In this document: in pieces, positions 20,597 through 29,320 of the stretch
Position numbering within the stretch: position 1 is the stretch's first letter
Layout: each line of letters starts with the position of its first letter
Source: Bacillota bacterium
GTDB lineage: Bacteria; Bacillota; Dehalobacteriia; UBA4068; UBA4997
Direction: 5' to 3'
DNA: 64,000 nt
Assembly: GCA_036677375.1 (NCBI GenBank)
Contig: JAVBWO010000012.1
Span: forward strand, 103,995 to 167,994
Notes under the pieces: model-generated
What the model was told of the DNA's origin: nothing
Seen by the model: only the letters and a program-made list of their open reading frames with translations
The model's database searches: none
Position numbers and translations under genes: made by a program

Positions 20597-21079
20597 CTAA
20601 ACAGAAAATGTCTGCCAGGCTATTTGGATCAGCCCGGCGAAAAAAGATGCCACAACGCCGTAAACGATAACCGGCCCGGCGATCTTGAACATATTGGCGC
20701 CCACACCCAGAATAAAACCTTCGCTTCTGTGTTCCATAGCCGCCGCCGTGATACCGTTGGAAAAGCCAGTGACCGGTACGGCGCTGCCGGCGCCGGCCCA
20801 CTGGGCAATATTGTCGTAGACCCCGGTGGCCGTAAGGATACTGGCGATTAAGATCAGAATGGCGGTAGCCGGCGCTGCGGCTTCTTCTTTGTCCAATCCC
20901 ACGAATATGAAAAAGAATTGTAAGAGCTGCCCGATGGCACAAATCAGGCCGCCGGCAACGAAGGCCTTTATACAATTGGTAAAAACCGGTCTTTTGGGTT
21001 GCTGCGCTTTGACTTTTTTTTGGTATTGCTTTTGTTCGCTGTCCATTTTTCCTCCGCTTTTTTGTTGATTTTTCTCCAT
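20597..21079 (-). CDS. spoVAC: stage V sporulation protein AC
   Basis: 160 aa membrane protein homologous to SpoVAC/SpoVAEb (AGAGSAVPVTGFSNG). First gene of the clostridial-type spoVAC-AD-AE operon. Confidence 0.85.
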   Translation of the reverse strand: MEKNQQKSGGKMDSEQKQYQKKVKAQQPKRPVFTNCIKAFVAGGLICAIGQLLQFFFIFVGLDKEEAAAPATAILILIASILTATGVYDNIAQWAGAGSAVPVTGFSNGITAAAMEHRSEGFILGVGANMFKIAGPVIVYGVVASFFAGLIQIAWQTFSV

Positions 21080-21314
21080 TTTTTCACCTGGTTTCTCTGT
21101 TTTAATTTTTTATTTTTATACTTATTTCCTATTTCACCCTTCGGCTTTTTCTTGGTTTATACGCCGGATTTTCATTCATATATTTCTTTTGTTTTCCTTC
21201 TAGTATGCTAGATTGCAAGCCGCCTTATACGAAAAGATATGCATATTAGCCTACTATCCTCCGCAAAATAAGGCAACGTAAACCAAAAGAACACACAAAG
21301 TCAGGAGACTTGTT

Positions 21315-22094
21315 ATGTTGCTAATTACCATTCGTACTTTAATTTTATATACCGTGGTCATGATCGCCATCAAAGCCATGGGAAAGCGGCAGATCGGGCA
21401 ATTGCAGCCCTTTGAGTTTGTCGGGATCATCATCATGTCGGAAATGGCGGCCATCTCCATCCAGAGCAATGCGGTACCGGTGTTAAACAGCGTGGTACCC
21501 ATTGCTTCTTTGGCCATTTTCCAGATCACCATTACCCTGATTAATTTAAAAAGCGAAAAGGCCCGGGGTATTATTTGCGGCGTGCCTACTGTTGTAGTGA
21601 AAAACGGCGAGATCTTAGAAGAGCAAATGCGCTTATTACGCATGAACATGAATGACCTTTTGGAACAGATCCGCGCCAAGGGCTATTTCAATCTGGCGGA
21701 AGTGGAATATGCCGTCATGGAAACCAACGGCCAGCTGAGCATCATGGCCCGAGCCGATAAACGGCCTCTTCAACCCAGCGATATCCAATTGATGGTGGAG
21801 AATGAGACGCCCGCTATTACATTAATCCTGGACGGCCAGGTGAATCATAAGAGCTTGAACGAATTAGGCAAAGATGAAAAATGGCTGTCAGAACGTTTAT
21901 CCCGTCATCATATTACAAGCTTTGCAGAAGTTTTTTATGCCAGTGTTGACGGCAGTGACAGTTTATTTTGCCAACTGAAGGAAAAATCAGCCCAGGGCAG
22001 CCCCGCGCCCATCCGGGAAAATGATGAAACCGCTCCCTTGCATGGCGGCAAGGGAACCGAAAAAAATAACAATATGGGAGGAGACGAGCTGTGA
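21315..22094 (+). CDS. DUF421 (YetF-like) membrane protein
   Basis: N-terminal YetF_N TM region (VVMIAIKAMGKRQIGQLQPFEFV) plus a DUF421 domain. AGGAGA RBS. Confidence 0.8.
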   Translation: MLLITIRTLILYTVVMIAIKAMGKRQIGQLQPFEFVGIIIMSEMAAISIQSNAVPVLNSVVPIASLAIFQITITLINLKSEKARGIICGVPTVVVKNGEILEEQMRLLRMNMNDLLEQIRAKGYFNLAEVEYAVMETNGQLSIMARADKRPLQPSDIQLMVENETPAITLILDGQVNHKSLNELGKDEKWLSERLSRHHITSFAEVFYASVDGSDSLFCQLKEKSAQGSPAPIRENDETAPLHGGKGTEKNNNMGGDEL

Positions 22095-22474
22095 AAAAAA
22101 CCTATATTTTGCTGATCGTATCCTTCTTATTAGTCCTGGGCGTCGGTTTCGGCAATATCTTTCTCTTAAATAAAGGCGTAAGCACGCTTTTCGGCATTTT
22201 GGAACCCATAGAAGAGTGTATTTACAAGGAGGATTGGCAAAAAGCACAGGAAATCTTCCACCAATATGACCAGGAATGGCGCAAACAGCGTAAGCTTTGG
22301 CAAATAACCATCGATCATAAGGAAACAGAGAATATCGAGGTCGCCTCCAGTCATCTGGATGCCGCGATTGCCTTAAATTCCGTCGATGACGCTATTCTTG
22401 GCCTATACGAGCTGAGGCATAATATTGAGCACATCCTATACATCGAAAAGCTCAGCTGGCAAAATATACTCTAA
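22091..22474 (+). CDS. DUF4363 family protein
   Basis: 127 aa with a signal/TM N-terminus and the DUF4363 pattern (W..A....HQYDQEW). Canonical partner of DUF421. 4-nt overlap with the upstream gene. Confidence 0.7.
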   Translation: MKKTYILLIVSFLLVLGVGFGNIFLLNKGVSTLFGILEPIEECIYKEDWQKAQEIFHQYDQEWRKQRKLWQITIDHKETENIEVASSHLDAAIALNSVDDAILGLYELRHNIEHILYIEKLSWQNIL

Positions 22475-22626
22475 ACGTTCGCGCATATCCGCGGCAGTAT
22501 GCCGCGATTTGACCTGCGGCTAGCGGTTGCAGCTCCGCCAAGATTAAAGCGTTCGCGCATATCCGCGGCAGTATGCCGCGATTTGACCCGGGGCTAACAG
22601 TCACATCTCCGCCAAAATAAAACGTT
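22475..22626. repeat. two tandem copies (~76 bp) of a repeat unit carrying a 17-bp palindrome CGCGGCAgtaTGCCGCG, plus a degenerate third start
   Basis: Direct repeat gttcgcgcatatccgcggcagtatgccgcgatttgacc at 22477 and 22551. Both are followed by related ...ggcta.c.gt...ctccgccaa..taaa segments. Confidence 0.8.
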
Positions 22627-22639
22627 CCCGCAAACATTT

Positions 22640-22845
22640 CATACTTTGTCAAGATCTTACCCGCAGACGATGAGAACCGTCTATACAATACGCCCCTTGC
22701 AATGTTCACTTAGACCTTGCGGCACCGTACCACAATTCCGTCCACGGACAATAATATCCCTCCCTGCCAGGATTGGTATGTTGGCGCTGACATTTTGAAT
22801 ACTTTGTCAAGATCCTGCCTTCAGACGATATGAATTGACTGTGCA
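22640..22845. repeat. second dispersed repeat family (atactttgtcaagatcYYRCC..cagacgat) containing the palindrome CAAGATCTTG
   Basis: Copies at ~22650 and ~22799. The sequences after each copy are related (ctatacaatacgcccc versus actgtgcaacgactcc). Confidence 0.7.
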
Positions 22846-23007
22846 ACGACTCCGAATCTTCCCATCGAATTTTAAAGTTATCATAAAAAAAGAACGTACC
22901 AAGTACGCTCTTCTTTAGTTTCATGATCACTTAATTGTTTTTGAAGCATATACGCAATCAAGTCTCGCTTGAATTTCCTGGGATATCTTTTATTGGATAC
23001 GCCTTTT

Positions 23008-23066
23008 GGCATAAAAATCACCCCTTAAGTTATTTCAGTATACCATATTGTCTAACTTAAGGGGTG
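23008..23066 (-). terminator. intrinsic terminator after glmM (14-bp stem CACCCCTTAAGTTA with a 20-nt loop)
   Basis: Perfect inverted repeat followed by ATTTTTAT on the minus strand. Confidence 0.65.
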
Positions 23067-23108
23067 CAGCTCTTCAATAGCATTTATTTCTTTTAATTCA
23101 TTTATCAT

Positions 23109-24470
23109 CTAATTTAATTCACTGGTAATCACCGTGGATATTTCGGTAACCAGGGTCTCCAATTCATGCTGGTCGGAGCCTTCCGCCATCACCCGCAAAA
23201 GCGGCTCGGTTCCGGAAGGACGCACCAAAACCCGTCCCCTTTCCACCAGTTGCGCTTTGGCCTTCGCCACCGCGGCGGTAACCGGCATATTGTCCTGCCA
23301 AGCCTTATTTTTGACGGGAACATTCTGTAGATACTGGGGCAATCGTTGAATGACCAGCTGTGACAAAGGTTTGCCGCTTTCTTTTAAGATCTGCACCAAA
23401 TGGAGAGCGGTTGCCAGACCGTCTCCTGTGGTGTTGGTTTTAGAAAAAATGATATGCCCAGACTGCTCACCGCCTAAGACCGCTCCCGTTTCCAGCATTT
23501 TTTCCAGAACATAACGGTCGCCTACCTGAGATTCTATTACGGAAATGCCGGCATTTCTCATAGCAAGATGCAGCCCCATATTGCTCATGACGGTTACAAC
23601 GATCTGGTTATGCTCCAATTGCCCTTTTTGCGCCAGGGCCAGGGCGCACAAACCCATGATCTGATCGCCGTCTACGGGATTGCCCTTTTCGTCCACCGCC
23701 AGCAAGCGGTCCGCGTCCCCGTCAAAAGCCAAGCCAAGATCGGCTTTTACTTCTTTTACAGAAGAACAAAGGCTTTCCAGATGAGTGCTGCCGCATTTTT
23801 CGTTAATGTTAATGCCATTGGGTCGGTCATGAATGGTTTGCACAATCGCGCCTAAATCGGCCAAAACCCTGGGCGCGATGATCGACGCCGCGCCGTTGGC
23901 ACAGTCTACCACGATTTTTAAGCCGGTGAGATCCGTGCCCAGGCTTTCCTTCAGATAACAGGCATAGTTCCAGGCATATTGTTCTTCATGGGATATCACT
24001 CCGATGCCGTCGCCTTGCACAGGTGATGCTTGGCGCTCTTTTATCGCATTCGTTTGATATGTCCGATCCATCATGATGGCTTCGATCTCATCTTCTATGG
24101 CATCCGGCAGTTTATAGCCATTGGCGCCGAAAAATTTGATCCCATTATAGGCCATAGGATTGTGGGAAGCAGAAATGACGACTCCCGCGACCATAACGGA
24201 GGAGGTCCGCACAAGATAAGCGACGGCGGGCGTCGGCAGTACGCCGGCCAAAACAACGTCATAACCTGCAGAACAGATCCCGGCAGCCAAGGCGCTTTCC
24301 AGCATCGTCCCGGAGATCCTGGTATCTCTACCCACTAATATTTTTCTTTTATCAGGGCAATGCCCCGCTAAAACCAATGCGCCCGCCCGGCCCACTTGAA
24401 AGGCAAGCTCCGGCGTCAATTCCACATTGGCGATTCCCCTGATTCCGTCTGTACCGAATAATTTACCCAT
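23109..24470 (-). CDS. glmM: phosphoglucosamine mutase
   Basis: MGKLFGTDGIRG N-terminus, phosphoserine loop SASHNP. 453 aa. Confidence 0.95.
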   Translation of the reverse strand: MGKLFGTDGIRGIANVELTPELAFQVGRAGALVLAGHCPDKRKILVGRDTRISGTMLESALAAGICSAGYDVVLAGVLPTPAVAYLVRTSSVMVAGVVISASHNPMAYNGIKFFGANGYKLPDAIEDEIEAIMMDRTYQTNAIKERQASPVQGDGIGVISHEEQYAWNYACYLKESLGTDLTGLKIVVDCANGAASIIAPRVLADLGAIVQTIHDRPNGININEKCGSTHLESLCSSVKEVKADLGLAFDGDADRLLAVDEKGNPVDGDQIMGLCALALAQKGQLEHNQIVVTVMSNMGLHLAMRNAGISVIESQVGDRYVLEKMLETGAVLGGEQSGHIIFSKTNTTGDGLATALHLVQILKESGKPLSQLVIQRLPQYLQNVPVKNKAWQDNMPVTAAVAKAKAQLVERGRVLVRPSGTEPLLRVMAEGSDQHELETLVTEISTVITSELN

Positions 24471-24492
24471 AGATTCAATAAAAGCTCCTCTC

Positions 24493-25689
24493 CTATTTCT
24501 GCATCCGGGATATGGTAACCGTCACCTGACCGGGATCCAGGCTATAAACACTGATCCCACTAGCGCAGTCAACCTCAAGATGATAGACCTTTTGTCCAAA
24601 GGTAGCGCCATCTACATCGCAAAATACGGCGACATCCGCTGCCGTCAGATCTTCCACTAAAGAACGGGGACCCTCTAATGTCACATTGACTGTAGATTCA
24701 TCTAAGGCATATTGGAAATTATCGGCCGGGTTCTTAATGGTGATGGCTACATTGTTCAAGGTTTTCCGTATTTTGGGTTCGATCTTCACCACCACGTTGA
24801 TGGTAGTATCACTGACAATATCCGCACCGTCCGGGGGAACCAGCGCAGGCCGCATCGTAATATCGTTTTTGGCCCCCGCAATATCCACCGCAGTAGTCTG
24901 TAAGGTATTGATCTTATCAAGAGACCAATAATCTCCCTGTATGGTAGCGGTATTGGGCGAAATGGCCACCCGCGTCACCATATAGCCTTCCGCCGGCGAA
25001 CCGGATAAAGGAACCTGCACCGCCACCACTTTGGTCGGTTCGCCGCTTAAAGCCGGGATAAAGACTGCGACATCCGTTGGTTGGATATCTAATAAGCTGT
25101 TCAAATTTTGCCCCTGGGCATCTTCCACCTGCACGGGCAAACTGGCTTGATAATTGCCGTCCAACTCACTGCTTTTTACCTTCACATAAATCTTAGCAAT
25201 GCTTTTGATCACATCCTGAGGGCCGGAAATCACCACTTCCTCAGGCGTAAGAACCGTTACCGCCGCCGTGTCGGAGGTAGCAGTACCGCTGTCATATAAT
25301 ACTTTTACCTTGCTTTGTTGGGTCGCTATCTTCTGCACATCTACAAAGAGATCAAGGGGGTTGACGGATACCAACTGCACATTGCTGGGTAAACTGACCT
25401 GGATCTTTTCTGTTTGGCGACCGATGGCGGCATTGGTCAGGTCTACCGTAGCCACAATGTCTCTGGCCAAAAGATCCTCAATCACCTGTTTGTTTCCTTC
25501 TACCCTTACTTTGACAGTGGAAACCTGGCTCACGGCAAGATCATCCGGCAGATTGATAAACTCAACTTCCACATCAAATAATTTATCTTCAATGGGATTC
25601 TGCCCATCGGCAACATAAATCCAAAGTAGAAGCGCTACAATAAGAGAAAATATCTTTAAAAATGTAGAATTGTTAAAGATTCCTTTCAT
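24493..25689 (-). CDS. cdaR: CdaR (YbbR-domain regulator of diadenylate cyclase CdaA)
   Basis: 398 aa. N-terminal TM plus repeated YbbR-like domains. Lies between cdaA and glmM. Confidence 0.8.
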   Translation of the reverse strand: MKGIFNNSTFLKIFSLIVALLLWIYVADGQNPIEDKLFDVEVEFINLPDDLAVSQVSTVKVRVEGNKQVIEDLLARDIVATVDLTNAAIGRQTEKIQVSLPSNVQLVSVNPLDLFVDVQKIATQQSKVKVLYDSGTATSDTAAVTVLTPEEVVISGPQDVIKSIAKIYVKVKSSELDGNYQASLPVQVEDAQGQNLNSLLDIQPTDVAVFIPALSGEPTKVVAVQVPLSGSPAEGYMVTRVAISPNTATIQGDYWSLDKINTLQTTAVDIAGAKNDITMRPALVPPDGADIVSDTTINVVVKIEPKIRKTLNNVAITIKNPADNFQYALDESTVNVTLEGPRSLVEDLTAADVAVFCDVDGATFGQKVYHLEVDCASGISVYSLDPGQVTVTISRMQK

Positions 25690-26522
25690 TTACTGTTCAC
25701 CCTCCTTTGCCAGAAAGGCGTATGCATAGGCTCTTTTCCGATAAAGGCTTCCTCCAGGAAGCTCCTTAATTCCTTTTCCTCCAGAGAACGAGCCAGTTTA
25801 CCGTCTTTGGCCACGGAAATACTCCCTGTCTCCTCCGAGACCACTAAGACCATGGCGTCCGATACCTCGGAAAGACCGATAGCGGCACGGTGCCTGGTAC
25901 CTAAAGACATGGAAATATAAGGATTATCGCTTAAAGGCAAAAAGCAAGCGGCAGCAGCAATCCGGTTATCCTTAATGATGGTGGCGCCGTCATGCAAAGG
26001 CGTATTGGGTTCAAATATATTAACTAAAAACTCTGATGAAACAACGCCGTCCAGACTGATGCCTGATTCGATATAGTCCTTGAGGCCGGTTTCCCGTTCA
26101 ATCACCACCAGCATTCCAGTTTTGGTTTTGGAACAGGCAATCGCGGCCTTAATCAATTCCTGGATGATATGTGCCGACTCCGGTGTGGCTAAAAGCGTCC
26201 GGGAAGGCGAAAAAAACTTGCCCCGGCCCAGCTGTTCCAAGACCCGCCTCAATTCCGGCTGGAAAATAACGGCCAATGCGATAAAAATCACAGCCCACAA
26301 TTTGCTTAAGATCCACTGGATGGTATAAAGATTCAGCCAATCGGCTACCAAGCCCGCTACAGCCAACATGATAATTCCTTTGATCAACTGCACCGCCCTG
26401 GTGCCCCTGATTAAAAGTAAAATTTGGTATAATACAAAAGCAACGATGAGGACATCAATGATACCGGTAATGAAAGAGCCGACGCTCAAATTCTGCCAAA
26501 ACTGCCATGATAGATTGCTCAC
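25686..26522 (-). CDS. cdaA: diadenylate cyclase CdaA (DacA)
   Basis: Three N-terminal TM helices plus a DisA_N (DAC) domain with DGA...RHRAA. Confidence 0.9.
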   Translation of the reverse strand: MSNLSWQFWQNLSVGSFITGIIDVLIVAFVLYQILLLIRGTRAVQLIKGIIMLAVAGLVADWLNLYTIQWILSKLWAVIFIALAVIFQPELRRVLEQLGRGKFFSPSRTLLATPESAHIIQELIKAAIACSKTKTGMLVVIERETGLKDYIESGISLDGVVSSEFLVNIFEPNTPLHDGATIIKDNRIAAAACFLPLSDNPYISMSLGTRHRAAIGLSEVSDAMVLVVSEETGSISVAKDGKLARSLEEKELRSFLEEAFIGKEPMHTPFWQRRVNSK

Positions 26523-26716
26523 TACGCCTCACCTCAGATCTTACTTGGATTTCATTCTGTATCCATAAAGATTTTCTATTCTACATGGAACCATCAAATC
26601 CTTTTTAAAGATATCTTTATAATTATAAAATACTATAGAAAAAAGCCTTGATTCTATAGTATAATCTGTTTAAAGATAAAGAAAACATCATGGAATAAAA
26701 GAAACAAGGGGAAACC

Positions 26717-27514
26717 ATGAAACACTTTACGATATTAAAACTAAAACCAAAACAAATTCTCATCTTGGTGATTCTTTGTTTTTTTATCGGATTCTTTCTG
26801 AGCCTTACCATCCGTACCAATCTTTTGGCAACGCAGCAAAGCGATAACAGCCAAAATAAGAACCTCATTGAGGTCATTACCAATTTGGAGACGGAAACCG
26901 ATGCTTTAGAAAAACAAGTGTCGGATATGCGGGAAAAAATCGCCACCACTCAGCAGGAATACGGCACCGATGCGGAAACAGTGTCCCGTCTGCAAAAAGA
27001 ACTGGACTCTTTGAAATTCCTGGCCGGACAAACGGAAACCACTGGCTCGGGCATTGTTTTGACCATAACGGACAATGTCTCCGGCGCGGAAGCCGCCAAA
27101 GCGTTAGACCCGGATAATTTTTATCCGGAAAACTATATCGTCCACGATACCGATTTGCGTTATCTTTTAAATGATGCTTCTTTTCTGGCGGAAGGAATCG
27201 CCATCAATAACCAACGTATTGTCAGCACTTCGGATATCCGCTGCGTCGGTACGGTCATCATGGTGAACTCCACCCGTTTGGCTCCTCCCTACGAAGTGCG
27301 GATGATCGGCTCTCCCAGCTTGCTTTCGGCTGCTATCACCGGTTCCGATCAATATATTTACCTGAAAGAAAAAGGGATGCCCTTAAAAATCGAAGCAAAT
27401 GATAAGATTGTCCTGCCTGCTTATAATGGCAGTATTCCATCCAGTTATACCCAGGTGGATTACGAAAAAGCCGGTGAAGAAAGCGGCAAAGACAGCGGAA
27501 CGCAGACACAGTAA
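26717..27514 (+). CDS. DUF881 (YlxW/YlxX-like) division-associated protein
   Basis: N-terminal TM, coiled coil and DUF881 pattern. Arrangement DUF881-sbp-DUF881 as in the Bacillus dcw cluster. Confidence 0.75.
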   Translation: MKHFTILKLKPKQILILVILCFFIGFFLSLTIRTNLLATQQSDNSQNKNLIEVITNLETETDALEKQVSDMREKIATTQQEYGTDAETVSRLQKELDSLKFLAGQTETTGSGIVLTITDNVSGAEAAKALDPDNFYPENYIVHDTDLRYLLNDASFLAEGIAINNQRIVSTSDIRCVGTVIMVNSTRLAPPYEVRMIGSPSLLSAAITGSDQYIYLKEKGMPLKIEANDKIVLPAYNGSIPSSYTQVDYEKAGEESGKDSGTQTQ

Positions 27515-27596
27515 CCCGGTCCCGAGTCTTTGGTCTACAGCTAAATGCGATTTTATTATTCATATGTAAAGGGTACAAAGAGCAAAGAAAGGAAAT

Positions 27597-28109
27597 TTGA
27601 TTATGTGGCTTGCCATTATTAGTATTATAACAGGGGTTCTTGTTGGTTCCATTTTGACGGTCAGTGTTCCCATTGTTTTTGCAAAATATTTATCTGTAGC
27701 GGTCTTGGCCGCTTTGGACTCCCTTTTAGGCGGTATGCGCGCCATTTTGGAAGATGATTTTGACGGAACCATCATGCTTTCCGGCTTCATTACCAACGCA
27801 TTAATGGCTGCCGCACTGGCTTTTTTGGGCGATAAAATGGGTCTCGACCTCTATCTGGTGGCGGTGATTACTTTTGGCTTGCGGATCTTCGGCAATTTAG
27901 GTTATATCCGCCGTGATATTCTGACGAAATTGCGTCAAAAACACGGCAAAGCACCGCAAGAAAAAGGAATTCTGCTGCCGGAAGTCAGTATCATGAAGGA
28001 AACCGCACCCAGCACAACGGAAGTTCTCTCCGCTTCTTTAACTTCTCCTTTGTTGGAAACAAAAAACCAGGAGGCTGCCGATGACCACGGGCAATCAAAA
28101 GAAAACTAA
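27597..28109 (+). CDS. sbp: small basic protein Sbp (DUF1290) with C-terminal extension
   Basis: TM-rich DUF1290 core (LAALDSLLGGMRAILEDDFD) between two DUF881 genes. TTG/ATG start ambiguity (27597 or 27603). Confidence 0.7.
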   Translation: MIMWLAIISIITGVLVGSILTVSVPIVFAKYLSVAVLAALDSLLGGMRAILEDDFDGTIMLSGFITNALMAAALAFLGDKMGLDLYLVAVITFGLRIFGNLGYIRRDILTKLRQKHGKAPQEKGILLPEVSIMKETAPSTTEVLSASLTSPLLETKNQEAADDHGQSKEN

Positions 28110-28791
28110 AAAACCTTATGTGAAAAAACCTTGGCATTTGCCGCTGGCCTTCGCCCTCTTGGTTTTTAGTTTTTTATGCGCCATGCAATATAATACCCAA
28201 CAAAAAGTACTGACTTCCCTGGAAAATCAAAAAACGGAAGACTTGGTTGCCTTAGTGCGCAATTTAAATGAAAAAAGAAACAGCCTGGAAGCGGAATATG
28301 ATAATCTGTACAGCCTTTACGCTTCTTTCGGCATTGCGGCAACAGTGGAAGACCAGATCAAGCAATTGCGCATTTTTACCGGCGCCGTGCCGGTGGTAGG
28401 ACCTGGGATCACCATTACCATCACCGGGGACTCTCCCTTGGTCTATTTGGACTTAATAGATCTAACAAATGAGTTGAAAGTTTCAGGCGCCGAGGTCATC
28501 GCCATCAATGATATGCGCTTGCAGGGCAATACCAGAATCGCGCAGGGTATTGATGCCGATGGCAAATTCATCATTACGTTGGATGGCAGAAAGCTTCTTT
28601 CACCTGTTATCATCAAAGCCATCGGCAAGTCGGATACTCTGGAAAAGGGCCTGACCTTCCCCGGCGGCATTATAGACACCTTAAACAACAACTACAATGT
28701 TTACCCCATGATCAAGAAAGAAGAAAAGATCCATATTCCTGCCATTGAAACCGCAACACCCCAGTATATGAAAAAATATGAAGCTCCTTGA
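28081..28791 (+). CDS. DUF881 family protein (second copy)
   Basis: AGGAGG RBS 7 nt upstream. Paralog of 26717..27514. Confidence 0.75.
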   Translation: MTTGNQKKTKKPYVKKPWHLPLAFALLVFSFLCAMQYNTQQKVLTSLENQKTEDLVALVRNLNEKRNSLEAEYDNLYSLYASFGIAATVEDQIKQLRIFTGAVPVVGPGITITITGDSPLVYLDLIDLTNELKVSGAEVIAINDMRLQGNTRIAQGIDADGKFIITLDGRKLLSPVIIKAIGKSDTLEKGLTFPGGIIDTLNNNYNVYPMIKKEEKIHIPAIETATPQYMKKYEAP

Positions 28792-29036
28792 TAATACCAA
28801 AACAAAAGCCAATACAAATACAGAATAATTAGGGCACAAAACAAACCTCACAGAAAATCTCCGGTAACAAAATCCGCAAATGATCAATTTCTCCTTGCCT
28901 GGTTTCCTATAAAAACGCAGCCGATGCCAAATGCTTCCGGATATAGCAACAGATGCGTTTCAATTGCTATCATAAAATGGCAAAGAAAACCATGCTTTGC
29001 TTTGCAGGAATACTGCCGGATACTTCCCGTGCAATC

Positions 29037-29080
29037 AAGAACCACCCGTTTTAAAAACGAGTGGTTCTTTTGTTTTATTT
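29037..29080 (+). terminator. intrinsic terminator (AAGAACCACCCGTTTT/AAAACGAGTGGTTCTT plus T-run)
   Basis: 16-bp stem with one mismatch, followed by TTTGTTTTATTT. 245 nt downstream of the DUF881 stop. Confidence 0.7.
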
Positions 29081-29320
29081 GTATCCAATACTTTACCGCT
29101 CACCGTTGGATTTCGCCTGTGTTTGGCCCGGTGTTTTATTGTAAATGTTCCGTAACGTGTTCCCAAAGGTATTACCAATAGGTAAGCGCCCGGAAGGCAA
29201 CGGATTACAAATGGGTACCCGGCCGCAAAGTAACGGAATGGGTGCGGAAAAGTTTAACATTTCCCATAAATATTTCATCCGATAAATTCTATCTGATCTC
29301 AGGTTCTACAGAAACTACCG

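Noticed and set aside
21254-21679. 141-aa minus-strand ORF overlapping the start of the DUF421 gene
   Set aside because: It overlaps the DUF421 CDS (clear family match, AGGAGA RBS) in antisense and extends into the divergent promoter region. No support.
22475-22626. CRISPR-like look: a 38-bp repeat, ~36-bp spacer, repeat, ~35-bp spacer, then a degenerate repeat
   Set aside because: The two 'spacers' are homologous to each other (shared ...ggcta.c.gt...CTCCGCCAA..taaa). The structure is therefore a tandem duplication of a ~76-bp unit, not repeat-spacer architecture. There are only two copies and no cas genes nearby.
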